IMG/VR virus record: IMGVR_UViG_3300045988_067909
Source: a virus
Reading direction: 5' to 3' (one strand)
DNA length: 64,000 bases
Shown here: positions 19,445 through 28,069 of the stretch, in pieces
How positions within the stretch are numbered: the first letter of the stretch is position 1
Layout: every line of letters starts with the position of its first letter
Position numbers and translations under genes: made by a program
Notes under the pieces: model-generated
What the model was told of the DNA's origin: nothing
What the model saw: the letters and a program-made list of their open reading frames with translations, nothing else
Database searches by the model: none

Positions 19445-19882
19445 ATGTTTTTTGATGACGACATTATGTTAGAAGACGCTCCTGTACTTGAAGATACAGC
19501 ACAAAGCGTAGTTGAAGCTACTGCAGCATCTTACTTGTACACTGAGCTTGCTAAATTGGATGACGAAGCTCGTAAAGAATTCGTTGAATCCGCTGAAGCT
19601 GAAGCTTTATTGGAAAAAGCAGTTCTTAACAAAAAGACTATGGTTCGTTTGTCCCGTCAAGATGATATGGCTCGCCGTGTAAAAATCGCTGCTTATCAAT
19701 TGGCTAAAGACAAAAAAGATCCATTATGGACTAAATTGGTTCTTAACCGTGTTAAAGAACGTCAACTTATTGCTAAGATTGTTCAAAAATACCACAATGC
19801 AGCAGTTAAACTTGCTAAAGTTGGTCAACGTGAATTCATCAAATCCGCATCCAAAGTTAAAGCATTACCTAATAAAAAATAA
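19445..19882 (+). CDS. Abundant small helical protein (145 aa)
   Basis: TAAGGAGG SD, very strong codon bias. Lys/Ala-rich, predicted helical. Confidence 0.6.
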   Translation: MFFDDDIMLEDAPVLEDTAQSVVEATAASYLYTELAKLDDEARKEFVESAEAEALLEKAVLNKKTMVRLSRQDDMARRVKIAAYQLAKDKKDPLWTKLVLNRVKERQLIAKIVQKYHNAAVKLAKVGQREFIKSASKVKALPNKK

Positions 19883-19893
19883 TCACAAAGTAT

Positions 19894-19920
19894 CCACTAT
19901 AGGGCACTGCCCTATAGTGG
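19894..19920 (+). terminator. Terminator hairpin 'ccactataggg-cactg-ccctatagtgg' plus 'gtattttg'
   Basis: 11-bp stem followed by a T-tract. Confidence 0.6.
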
Positions 19921-19944
19921 GTATTTTGCCTATAAAAATCAACA

Positions 19945-19990
19945 ACGTTCCGGACATATAAATGTATATTATAGTAGTAGTAATATACAT
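19945..19990 (+). promoter_or_regulatory. AT-rich promoter-like element with TATAAATG and palindrome 'tgtatattat..ataatataca' upstream of the beta'-C gene
   Basis: 'gacatataaatgtatattatagtagtagtaatatacatgg'. Shares TATAAATGT with the duplicated leaders near 47,000. Confidence 0.35.
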
Positions 19991-20016
19991 GGTTTATTTT
20001 ATAAGGAGGAGCGTTT

Positions 20017-22143
20017 ATGAATAACCTAGCTAATTACGGTATCTATGCTGACTATGTCTTAGGTAAAGATATAGTCATAGACGTAGAAAAAATTAATATA
20101 TATAATTGGGAATCTCACTACCAAAGCATTCTAAATATCCTGAAAGATATGATTGAATCTGAATTAGTGAGAACTAAAAAGATTGGTGTACGGATTGGTG
20201 GTAAAGTTATTAAACTCACATTCGCACACTATATGATTAATATGATCTTCTGGAATATCATCGTTAAAGTCGGTGATACTATTAAACCAGAACACTTATT
20301 CTTCGATAACTGTATTCCTGGTAGAGCTATCGAAAGCTATATTAATAAACTTATCATTGGTCCATATAGAGAAATTATTCCATTGAAGACTTTGAATCAA
20401 GCTATTGCTGATATGATATTCAATATTAGTTTCGTGGACCAATTTGCACCATTCTTCGTTAATAGTGTAAACTTACATGACGAAGTTATGATGCTTAAGA
20501 ATATTCCTGAATATAGAAACCTTATCTATCCTAACTTAGATGAGGTAACTTTATCTGAATCTAAGTCTTATGGTAATAAGTTAATTGATAAGATTCAGGA
20601 TTATGTAAAGAACTCTAAGAAGTATATTGGATATGACCATATCTATGCTAATGCTTTTAGAGCAAAAGAAACTATCAACCTTAAACAGTTGAGAGAGTTT
20701 ATGGGATTCATTGGCGCTAAGCCAGATGGTGAGGGTGGTGTATATCCATACATTATCTCCAATAGCTTTATTACTGGTGGTGTAAATAATAATGTATCCT
20801 ATTTCATTGAATCTGCTGGTGGACGTATTGCCCAAATCTTAGCTAAAGATAACGTTGGTGATGCAGGTTACTTTGCACGTCTTCTTGGTCTATTAGCTCA
20901 AGAAAGTTATCTCCATGAAGATAAGAACTTCAAATGTGATACTCAAAACTTAATACCTATTACGTTTGATAATAAAGTCTTCTTCGATAAGTATATAGAC
21001 AGATGGTGTCGTCTAGAGCCTAATGGTTTTGATGTACTTATTACTGAAGATAGTTGGAAAGACCTCAAGGGTAAAACTGTATATCTATATAGTCCAGCTA
21101 CATGTGCATCTGCTGTACATGGTCATGGTATTTGCTATCGTTGTTATGGTAAGTTAGCTCATACTAATAATAATATCAATATCGGTAAATTCGCTGCAGA
21201 ACTTATCAGTAGAGAGTTTACTCAAGTACTATTATCAGCTAAGCATCTTCTTGAAGTTAAGCTTCAAACTATTGAATGGCCTGCTAAGTTCCAAAAGTAC
21301 TTTACTATCTTTGATAACCGTATTCTTCCTAAAGAAGAAGTAGATTTATCTAAAGTCAAGATTCGTATCTATAAAGATAGTATCTCTGAAGATACTACAG
21401 ATGAAGAATACGATTCTATCCGTGAAGAACGTGAAGATACTGATATCTTAAATGAATATATCGATAAGTTCATGATCATCGATGAAGATGGCGGTGAAGA
21501 AATCGATATAGACCATGTATCCAAGTTCTATCTTGGTGATATCTTTGGTAGAATGGTTAACTCTAGTATTCCTGATGATGATAGTGAGTATTTCGATGTA
21601 CGATTACATGTGGCTAAGAAGAATGCTAAACCATTATTGAATGAAGAAACTCCATTATTCTTTATGCGTATTCAAAATAACGAATTAGCTAAAACAATGG
21701 AACAAGCTCAACGTATTATCAATATTGCAAGTATAACTCCTAAGTTTACATTACCTGAAATCATTACTAAGTTTAACGCTACCATCATCGAGGGTGGTCT
21801 TAATGTAATGAGTGTACATACTGAAGTTATCATTGCTAACTTAGTTAGAGCGGCTGATGATATTATGGGTAAACCTGATTGGTCTTATCCTGAAGCCAAG
21901 TATCAATTACTTGCATTAAGCACAGCATTGAGAGAAAATCCATCATTGATTATCTCTTTAGCTTATGAACGTATTAAAGATACATTGAAGAACCCTAATA
22001 CATTCTTAAAAGAAACCCCATCTTCTATAGATTACTATTACATGCTTAATCCTCAAGAGTTCTTAAACCAAGAAGCTAGAGACTTGTCTATAGATGATAC
22101 TAAGAAAGAAGTCAAGAGCATGTTTGTTAAAGTTGAAGACTAA
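20017..22143 (+). CDS. Multisubunit RNA polymerase beta-prime-like subunit, C-terminal half
   Basis: 'CYRCYGKLAHTNNNINIGKFAAELISREFTQVLLSAKH' aligns to beta' '[35 protein letters not shown]'. AAGGAGG SD. Confidence 0.8.
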   Translation: MNNLANYGIYADYVLGKDIVIDVEKINIYNWESHYQSILNILKDMIESELVRTKKIGVRIGGKVIKLTFAHYMINMIFWNIIVKVGDTIKPEHLFFDNCIPGRAIESYINKLIIGPYREIIPLKTLNQAIADMIFNISFVDQFAPFFVNSVNLHDEVMMLKNIPEYRNLIYPNLDEVTLSESKSYGNKLIDKIQDYVKNSKKYIGYDHIYANAFRAKETINLKQLREFMGFIGAKPDGEGGVYPYIISNSFITGGVNNNVSYFIESAGGRIAQILAKDNVGDAGYFARLLGLLAQESYLHEDKNFKCDTQNLIPITFDNKVFFDKYIDRWCRLEPNGFDVLITEDSWKDLKGKTVYLYSPATCASAVHGHGICYRCYGKLAHTNNNINIGKFAAELISREFTQVLLSAKHLLEVKLQTIEWPAKFQKYFTIFDNRILPKEEVDLSKVKIRIYKDSISEDTTDEEYDSIREEREDTDILNEYIDKFMIIDEDGGEEIDIDHVSKFYLGDIFGRMVNSSIPDDDSEYFDVRLHVAKKNAKPLLNEETPLFFMRIQNNELAKTMEQAQRIINIASITPKFTLPEIITKFNATIIEGGLNVMSVHTEVIIANLVRAADDIMGKPDWSYPEAKYQLLALSTALRENPSLIISLAYERIKDTLKNPNTFLKETPSSIDYYYMLNPQEFLNQEARDLSIDDTKKEVKSMFVKVED

Positions 22144-22151
22144 AGAAACTA

Positions 22152-22180
22152 TACAGTATGGGAGCTATTCCCATACTGTA
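22152..22180 (+). terminator. Terminator hairpin 'tacagtatggga-gctat-tcccatactgta'
   Basis: 12-bp stem followed by 'ttctcttt'. Sits just before the SD of the helicase gene, so it probably attenuates rather than fully stops. Confidence 0.5.
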
Positions 22181-22200
22181 TTCTCTTTAAAGGAGGTATT

Positions 22201-23781
22201 ATGAGAGCTATAATACGAAATACCTGTATAGTAGTTACTGATTATACTCCAGGTAAAGTACCTGGGTTAGAAAAGTACTTTACTATCTTCGATCCTTTGA
22301 CTCATACATATAAATACGTAGGAGTTAGGTTTGACGAAGAGAAGAAACTTATGTATCTCCCTAGAGGGGTTGATACAGGATTTATAGCTAGAACTTTAGG
22401 TGTAGAAATGGAACGTGAGTACAATAGTGATCCATATGAGCAGACTACTATGACCACTATTAAGTATATGCCTAGAGATGATGTACAAAAAGAGGCTTTA
22501 AGATTCATTCTAGCTAAGGGTGAATACATGGCCAATAGTAATAGGACACAGTTATCGGTAAACTTAAATACTGGTGCTGGTAAAACCTATGTAACTATAG
22601 CAGCTATGGCATATTGGAATATAAAGATATGCGTAATTGCCTCAAATAAGGCATGGTTAGAACAGTGGCAAAACTGTGTAGCAGAATATACCAATACCGA
22701 CATTAGGGAGGTACTGATAATCACTGGTGCAGCTGCTATACACAAGATTCTTAAAGGATTTACCGACCTATCTAAGTATAAAGCATTCATGGTAACTCAT
22801 TCTACACTAAAGAACTTTGGTGAACGATTTGGATGGGATTCTATAGGTGAACTATTCAAGAAGCTTAATGTATATATGAAAGTATTCGATGAAGCACATC
22901 TTAACTTTGAGAATATTGCTAGTATAGACTATGCTACAAATACAAAGAAGACTTTATATCTTACAGCTACACCTATACGGAGTAATAGTGATGAGAATAC
23001 TATCTATAAACTATACTTTAAGAATGTACCTAAGATAGACTTGTTTGATGCTGATAATGATCCACATACAAGATACCATGCTATACTGTATAATAGCAGA
23101 CCGACTCCACAGATGAGAGCTAACTGTTATAATTACATGTATGGCTTAGACCGTAATAAATATATGAACTCATTAGTCAATACTGAAGAGTTTAGAAAGA
23201 TTATGCTTGTTATGATGGATAAGATTCTTCGTATAGGCGGTAAAGTCTTAGTATATATTGGGACTAACCAAGCTATTGAAGAGATTAAAGTCTGGATAGA
23301 AGAGAACTATCCAGAGTATCGTGGTGATGTGGGTATATTTACATCCACATATACACAAGCAGAGAAGCAAGTTGCACTATCTAAGACTATCATTCTCTCT
23401 ACAACTAAGTCAGCTGGCGCTGCTTTAGATATACGTGGTCTTAAGGCTACATTTGTATTAAATGAACCATTTAAGTCTGAAGTATTAGCTAGACAAACCC
23501 TAGGCAGAACTAGAAATGATGATACTGACTATATTGAGTTTGTAGATACAGGATTTACATCTACTAGACAGTATTATAGAGCTAAGAAACCTATATTTAA
23601 GAAATATGCTTCAGATTGTAAAGAAATCCAACTAGATTTCAATACATTGAATAATAAAGCTGAAGAACTTGAGTTAATTCGTGAGAATGTAAAAGCTCAA
23701 TATGAAGCAAAACGTATGTTTATAGACTATCGAGATACATTCGATATAAATAGCGTATATAAGAAAGATAAAGACAAATAA
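22201..23781 (+). CDS. SF2 DEAH-box helicase
   Basis: Walker A 'NTGAGKTY'. Motif II 'FDEAH'. Motif III 'LTATP'. Motif VI 'QTLGRTRN'. Confidence 0.75.
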   Translation: MRAIIRNTCIVVTDYTPGKVPGLEKYFTIFDPLTHTYKYVGVRFDEEKKLMYLPRGVDTGFIARTLGVEMEREYNSDPYEQTTMTTIKYMPRDDVQKEALRFILAKGEYMANSNRTQLSVNLNTGAGKTYVTIAAMAYWNIKICVIASNKAWLEQWQNCVAEYTNTDIREVLIITGAAAIHKILKGFTDLSKYKAFMVTHSTLKNFGERFGWDSIGELFKKLNVYMKVFDEAHLNFENIASIDYATNTKKTLYLTATPIRSNSDENTIYKLYFKNVPKIDLFDADNDPHTRYHAILYNSRPTPQMRANCYNYMYGLDRNKYMNSLVNTEEFRKIMLVMMDKILRIGGKVLVYIGTNQAIEEIKVWIEENYPEYRGDVGIFTSTYTQAEKQVALSKTIILSTTKSAGAALDIRGLKATFVLNEPFKSEVLARQTLGRTRNDDTDYIEFVDTGFTSTRQYYRAKKPIFKKYASDCKEIQLDFNTLNNKAEELELIRENVKAQYEAKRMFIDYRDTFDINSVYKKDKDK

Positions 23782-23786
23782 AGGAT

Positions 23787-23813
23787 TCCGATATAGGCAA
23801 TGCCTATATCGGA
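23787..23813 (+). terminator. Terminator hairpin 'tccgatatagg-caatg-cctatatcgga' plus 'ttttt'
   Basis: CAATG-family palindrome with a T-run. Confidence 0.65.
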
Positions 23814-23904
23814 TTTTTGTTATCTAAGACTTTTTCAATTGTATACTATATTGGTAATAGTGATTATGTATATTTATTTTAATTTCCACAAGGAGGGACC
23901 TATC

Positions 23905-24708
23905 ATGAGAACTATTAATTTTAGAACAGACGCTTCCCGTTACGATGTTGCAGATTTATCCTTAGCAACTGGTCTTACCATTAGTGAGTTAATGATTAAT
24001 GCAGATAAGCATTATGAAAAAACTTGCAAGGCCTTAATGAAAAAGGTCGTTACTAAAGACTTAGCGAAGGAAATCTTCAAAAACATCAAAAAAGGAAAAC
24101 TTACCAATATCCACGATATTGGTAATGCATTCTATGTAATGGGTGCACTTAGTTCCAAACCAAAGAAAGATAAGCTATTAGTAATTAAAGATTTACTAGT
24201 AAAATATCTTTCCATCTATTACAATAAACGTACTGATAAATACGGTATTGTAAAAGATGAGGACATCGCAGCGTTGCTCGATGTCTGTGGTGAAACCAAA
24301 ATTGTAGTAGCTAAGAAAGCTAAAACTAATAACAATGATGGTGAAGCCAAAAAACAACACACAGTATCCGATACAACAAAAGCTTATAATAAATTAAATA
24401 AGCTAATCAACTTAAAATCTATTAAAAAAGATGTAGTTGATGTATTGGTGAAAACTGTGAATAAGGATGCATATAAACGCATCCAAACCCAAGCTGATAG
24501 TCTTGGTAAAGATCAAAGATTCTTCTTCAATAAGAAGGAGTCTGATCTTAAAAATGGTGTTTTGATTCTTCAAGGTCTTAATGACGCTGGTGAACGTTTC
24601 AATATTAAATTGGAACTCCCTAAAGCTAATAAACCAGCGAAGAAACAAGAACAACCAAAACAAGAAACAGCTACAGTAGAAACAGAATCTACAGAAGCTT
24701 CTGCATAA
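23905..24708 (+). CDS. Abundant protein with Lys-rich C-terminus (267 aa)
   Basis: AAGGAGGG SD before the internal ATG (M36 of the listed ORF). Codon-biased. Confidence 0.55.
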   Translation: MRTINFRTDASRYDVADLSLATGLTISELMINADKHYEKTCKALMKKVVTKDLAKEIFKNIKKGKLTNIHDIGNAFYVMGALSSKPKKDKLLVIKDLLVKYLSIYYNKRTDKYGIVKDEDIAALLDVCGETKIVVAKKAKTNNNDGEAKKQHTVSDTTKAYNKLNKLINLKSIKKDVVDVLVKTVNKDAYKRIQTQADSLGKDQRFFFNKKESDLKNGVLILQGLNDAGERFNIKLELPKANKPAKKQEQPKQETATVETESTEASA

Positions 24709-24719
24709 TCACTAGGAAT

Positions 24720-24745
24720 AAAGACGGGTAACCAATCCCGTCTTT
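24720..24745 (+). terminator. Terminator 'aaagacggg-taaccaat-cccgtcttt' plus 'attttttg'
   Basis: 9-bp stem followed by a T-tract. Confidence 0.65.
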
Positions 24746-24810
24746 ATTTTTTGTCTTCTACAAGGACTTTAACTATCTTATGAAAGTTAATTTTTCTTGG
24801 AGGAAGCACT

Positions 24811-25461
24811 ATGGAAAATTTTGAATCATATACTAAGATAAGCGAGGAAGTATTTGATTTTGGTAATAATCTAATTATGAAAATTACTGTAGCATTCAAT
24901 ACTACAACACTAAGAAATGGTAATACTAAGTTTAGCCCATTACATAATGAGTATACGATAGTTAATAGTGGTAATAAGATAACTACAAATCTTAGGTATA
25001 AGTATTACATGTCTTTAACACAACGTGGTAATAGTAATGTATCTATAGACTTGACTTGGGAGAACTATGATGAGTTCTGTGAGTTAATAGATACTATTCT
25101 TGAAGTCTGTGATGTAAATGCTGAGGGTTCACCATTTGACTACGTACGTGGTAAAGATGGTGTATCTTATGACTTAAGATGCAACTCTAATACAGTAAGA
25201 CCTATGCTTATGAAAGACTATCGAGGTGCATCATTATACTGTGTACCTGTGGTAATTGATAATAAGAAGACTGGGTCATTCTATGCTGGTGTAAGTTTTG
25301 TATTTAATGAGTCTTCTGAAGATTCATTCAATGTAACTATAAACCGCATCAAAGGATTTAAAAGATTCTTGTCTACATATAATCCATTATTACATGCTAG
25401 TACTATGGCTAAGTATATGGGCACAACTGGTTTACTTGGAACTAATAATATCTCACTATAG
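24811..25461 (+). CDS. Hypothetical protein (216 aa)
   Basis: 'cttggaggaagcactATG'. Confidence 0.5.
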   Translation: MENFESYTKISEEVFDFGNNLIMKITVAFNTTTLRNGNTKFSPLHNEYTIVNSGNKITTNLRYKYYMSLTQRGNSNVSIDLTWENYDEFCELIDTILEVCDVNAEGSPFDYVRGKDGVSYDLRCNSNTVRPMLMKDYRGASLYCVPVVIDNKKTGSFYAGVSFVFNESSEDSFNVTINRIKGFKRFLSTYNPLLHASTMAKYMGTTGLLGTNNISL

Positions 25462-25473
25462 ACAAAGAAATAT

Positions 25474-25500
25474 CCACTATGAGGAAATTCCTCATAGTGG
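25474..25500. terminator. Bidirectional terminator 'ccactatgagg-aaatt-cctcatagtgg'
   Basis: Shares the 'tatccactat' 5' flank with the 19894 hairpin. Followed by 'gatttttc'. Lies between convergent genes. Confidence 0.6.
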
Positions 25501-25510
25501 GATTTTTCTA

Positions 25511-26266
25511 TTATACTGTGTACATGATTGGCTGATTACCATTTGCTGGGTTGACATAGTTCTCTTGTAAGAACTGTACAATCTCTTCACGTCTTGAAGC
25601 CTGCTGTTCAAGAGAGGATAACTTAAGATCGATATTAGCAAATACTGTCTCAATACCATCAAAGTGTTTTAAGTATTCAAACAGCCAAGTTGCTACATCA
25701 GCTGTAGCCAATCGTTCAAATGTTTCCATCTTAGTTGGTTCAATGGTCATTAGGTTAGATGGGTGTTTAACAAATACACCTAGAGTCATTTGGTCTAGGA
25801 TATTAGATACTTGTCCAGCCATATTCATAGTTACACGAACCATATTAGGTGGAATGTATTCAACGTATACATTGTTATTAAACAAAGATGCAATGTTTGA
25901 ATATTGTTGAGATAGCATCATATCATCAAAGCTTAATGCTTTAGCTGACATAACGTATGTACCATATTGCTGTACACCAGTTCTTGTAGTGTCTAAGTCT
26001 TCCCACATAAGATCTTTAACACCAAGAATTTCATAGTTCTCTGGAATATGTCTATCAAGAAGATAATAGTCTCCACGTTGATCGTCTTTAGTCAACAAGA
26101 CTCTAATCATATGAGGGAAATATCTACTAAATGTAGATAGTGTATCTGGAATGATTACTTCACTAGCCCATTTATCTTTAGCTAGTTCAGGCGGTAATCC
26201 TAATGGCTTTGTACCTAGACGTCGTTCGATCTTATTAATGACGTCTGTCATTCTATTATATGCCAT
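25511..26266 (-). CDS. Hypothetical protein (251 aa)
   Basis: AAAGGAGG SD 9 nt upstream. Confidence 0.55.
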   Translation of the reverse strand: MAYNRMTDVINKIERRLGTKPLGLPPELAKDKWASEVIIPDTLSTFSRYFPHMIRVLLTKDDQRGDYYLLDRHIPENYEILGVKDLMWEDLDTTRTGVQQYGTYVMSAKALSFDDMMLSQQYSNIASLFNNNVYVEYIPPNMVRVTMNMAGQVSNILDQMTLGVFVKHPSNLMTIEPTKMETFERLATADVATWLFEYLKHFDGIETVFANIDLKLSSLEQQASRREEIVQFLQENYVNPANGNQPIMYTV

Positions 26267-26328
26267 GCCTATTTGCCTCCTTTAAGGGTTATTTTGGTTA
26301 TATATCATAATGTTGAGGTGATAGATTT

Positions 26329-27060
26329 ATGCGTATTTCTTATGAAGTGGCCTCTAGATTAATGAGGAAAGCTGCTATTAAAGTTTATCTTAAGTACAAC
26401 GGGATTATTAATCCATCCCACCCATACACCACATTACACGTTCTAGATACTCCATTACGAGAAGATCCTGATGCATATGCAAATACATCAGTATTTGGCA
26501 AGATCAGTGTAAGCTTACCAACCATATTCAAATATGGTGAAGATGAAGATACTATAGAACGGTATATAACCAGAGTCACTGAGATTACTTTACATGAGTT
26601 ATCTCATTGTGAACAAGCTCTAGACATTTATCAATTACATTTCCAGAATAGACTGGTTGATAAATGTGAAGCAGAGAATGAGTATAGAACTGGTACATTT
26701 ATGCTTAATAGGTTAGATGAGTTAACTAAACTATTAGGCTACCAAATAGATGTAGATTTTATAAAGACTTATTATGTAGACGAGTATTCTGATCATAAGA
26801 ACTTTGTCTACAGAAATCCTACTACATACCCTATATATTTAAACTATGTAATGCTAGGTGATATGACTAATATTCCTAGAGACTGTGATCTCTATACAGG
26901 ATTAAAAGAATTTGGTGATTTACCAGTAAGACGTAATGGTATATACATACCATCCCATAAACTCTTTGAGTACTATGGTGAAGTCTATGACAATTACTGG
27001 CCTATGGGTTGGAGATTTGTAACTCCAAATAAGATAGCTTTGATAGTAAAACCTAGGTAG
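26329..27060 (+). CDS. Putative zinc metallopeptidase-like protein (HExxH; SprT-like?)
   Basis: 'TEITLHELSHCEQALD' resembles the SprT/WLM 'HEMCH' core. Weak evidence. Confidence 0.35.
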   Translation: MRISYEVASRLMRKAAIKVYLKYNGIINPSHPYTTLHVLDTPLREDPDAYANTSVFGKISVSLPTIFKYGEDEDTIERYITRVTEITLHELSHCEQALDIYQLHFQNRLVDKCEAENEYRTGTFMLNRLDELTKLLGYQIDVDFIKTYYVDEYSDHKNFVYRNPTTYPIYLNYVMLGDMTNIPRDCDLYTGLKEFGDLPVRRNGIYIPSHKLFEYYGEVYDNYWPMGWRFVTPNKIALIVKPR

Positions 27061-27079
27061 AGTCATTGACTCTACCTAG
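27053..27079. terminator. Terminator 'ctaggtagagtc-att-gactctacctag' plus 'attcttttttattttttc'
   Basis: 12-bp perfect stem that overlaps the stop of 26329..27060. Confidence 0.65.
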
Positions 27080-27097
27080 ATTCTTTTTTATTTTTTC

Positions 27098-27931
27098 TTA
27101 GAAATTCTTTTCGGCGTAGCTTCTGATTTCTTTTAAGATATAGTCTTCAGGTTTCATAACCAATGTAGAACCATCTTGGTTAAACATTTGGATTGTACCC
27201 TCTTTGGTAACAGCAACGCTATCATAAGAACTAATACCAAATGCTTCTGCCATAATATCTAAGTTAGCAGATTCAGTTTTAATGAAGTCTTTAACTTGTG
27301 GACAGTTAGTAATAGGGATAATAGAACCTTGGTAAGATTCTTCTACTATAACTTGATTACTATTTATAGAAGTTGTATCTACATCAGCAGATTCAGTAAT
27401 AAGTTTTTCTACATAAGCTACTTTATGGGAAGGATAGATTACACGGTCCCAAGTGATAACTTTAATATTTTTTACATAAGACTTACCACCATTAACTTGC
27501 ATAGTACCTAGAGCACGTAAACTGAAAGATGGTTTTTCGCCATCCATAAGGTCTCTATTAAAGTAATCACCGTATTGGTTATTAGTACCAGTAACGTGAG
27601 CTTTAATAAGATTACCTTCATTCCAGAGTTTAAGATATTTACAGCAAACTAATACTGGATCGATAGTTTGTTGACGGGATAACTCTTGGCTCATAGGGTG
27701 ACCTAATTCACCTTTAAGATTACCAGTTTCAAGAAGCTCCATAGCACGACTAGCACGCAATTCTGGCAATAAGTCATTAGGTAAGTAAATACGTCTATTA
27801 CGGTTTTGTACACCTAAGTCTTGTAAAATAGTTTGAGCAATGATCTTACCATTATTCTCAGACACAATTTCAGAAGATGCGATAGCCATAGGAGCTTCGT
27901 GGATAATGTATGGGATGTTTTTAATGGACAT
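27098..27931 (-). CDS. Hypothetical protein (277 aa)
   Basis: CGGAGGT SD. Confidence 0.55.
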   Translation of the reverse strand: MSIKNIPYIIHEAPMAIASSEIVSENNGKIIAQTILQDLGVQNRNRRIYLPNDLLPELRASRAMELLETGNLKGELGHPMSQELSRQQTIDPVLVCCKYLKLWNEGNLIKAHVTGTNNQYGDYFNRDLMDGEKPSFSLRALGTMQVNGGKSYVKNIKVITWDRVIYPSHKVAYVEKLITESADVDTTSINSNQVIVEESYQGSIIPITNCPQVKDFIKTESANLDIMAEAFGISSYDSVAVTKEGTIQMFNQDGSTLVMKPEDYILKEIRSYAEKNF

Positions 27932-28069
27932 CTATATAGTACCTCCGATTCTTCTTATGGGATTAAAATTAACTATATGTTTCCCTTATAAGTGCATTCT
28001 GGGTAAATTAATTAGAGAACCTATATATAATCATCAATTATTCATAGAAAGTGAGGGTAAAACGTAAAA

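Noticed and set aside
27840-28067. 75-aa plus-strand ORF in the 27931-28070 gap
   Set aside because: It overlaps the 5' end and SD region of the minus-strand gene 27098..27931. It is hydrophobic and has no SD of its own.
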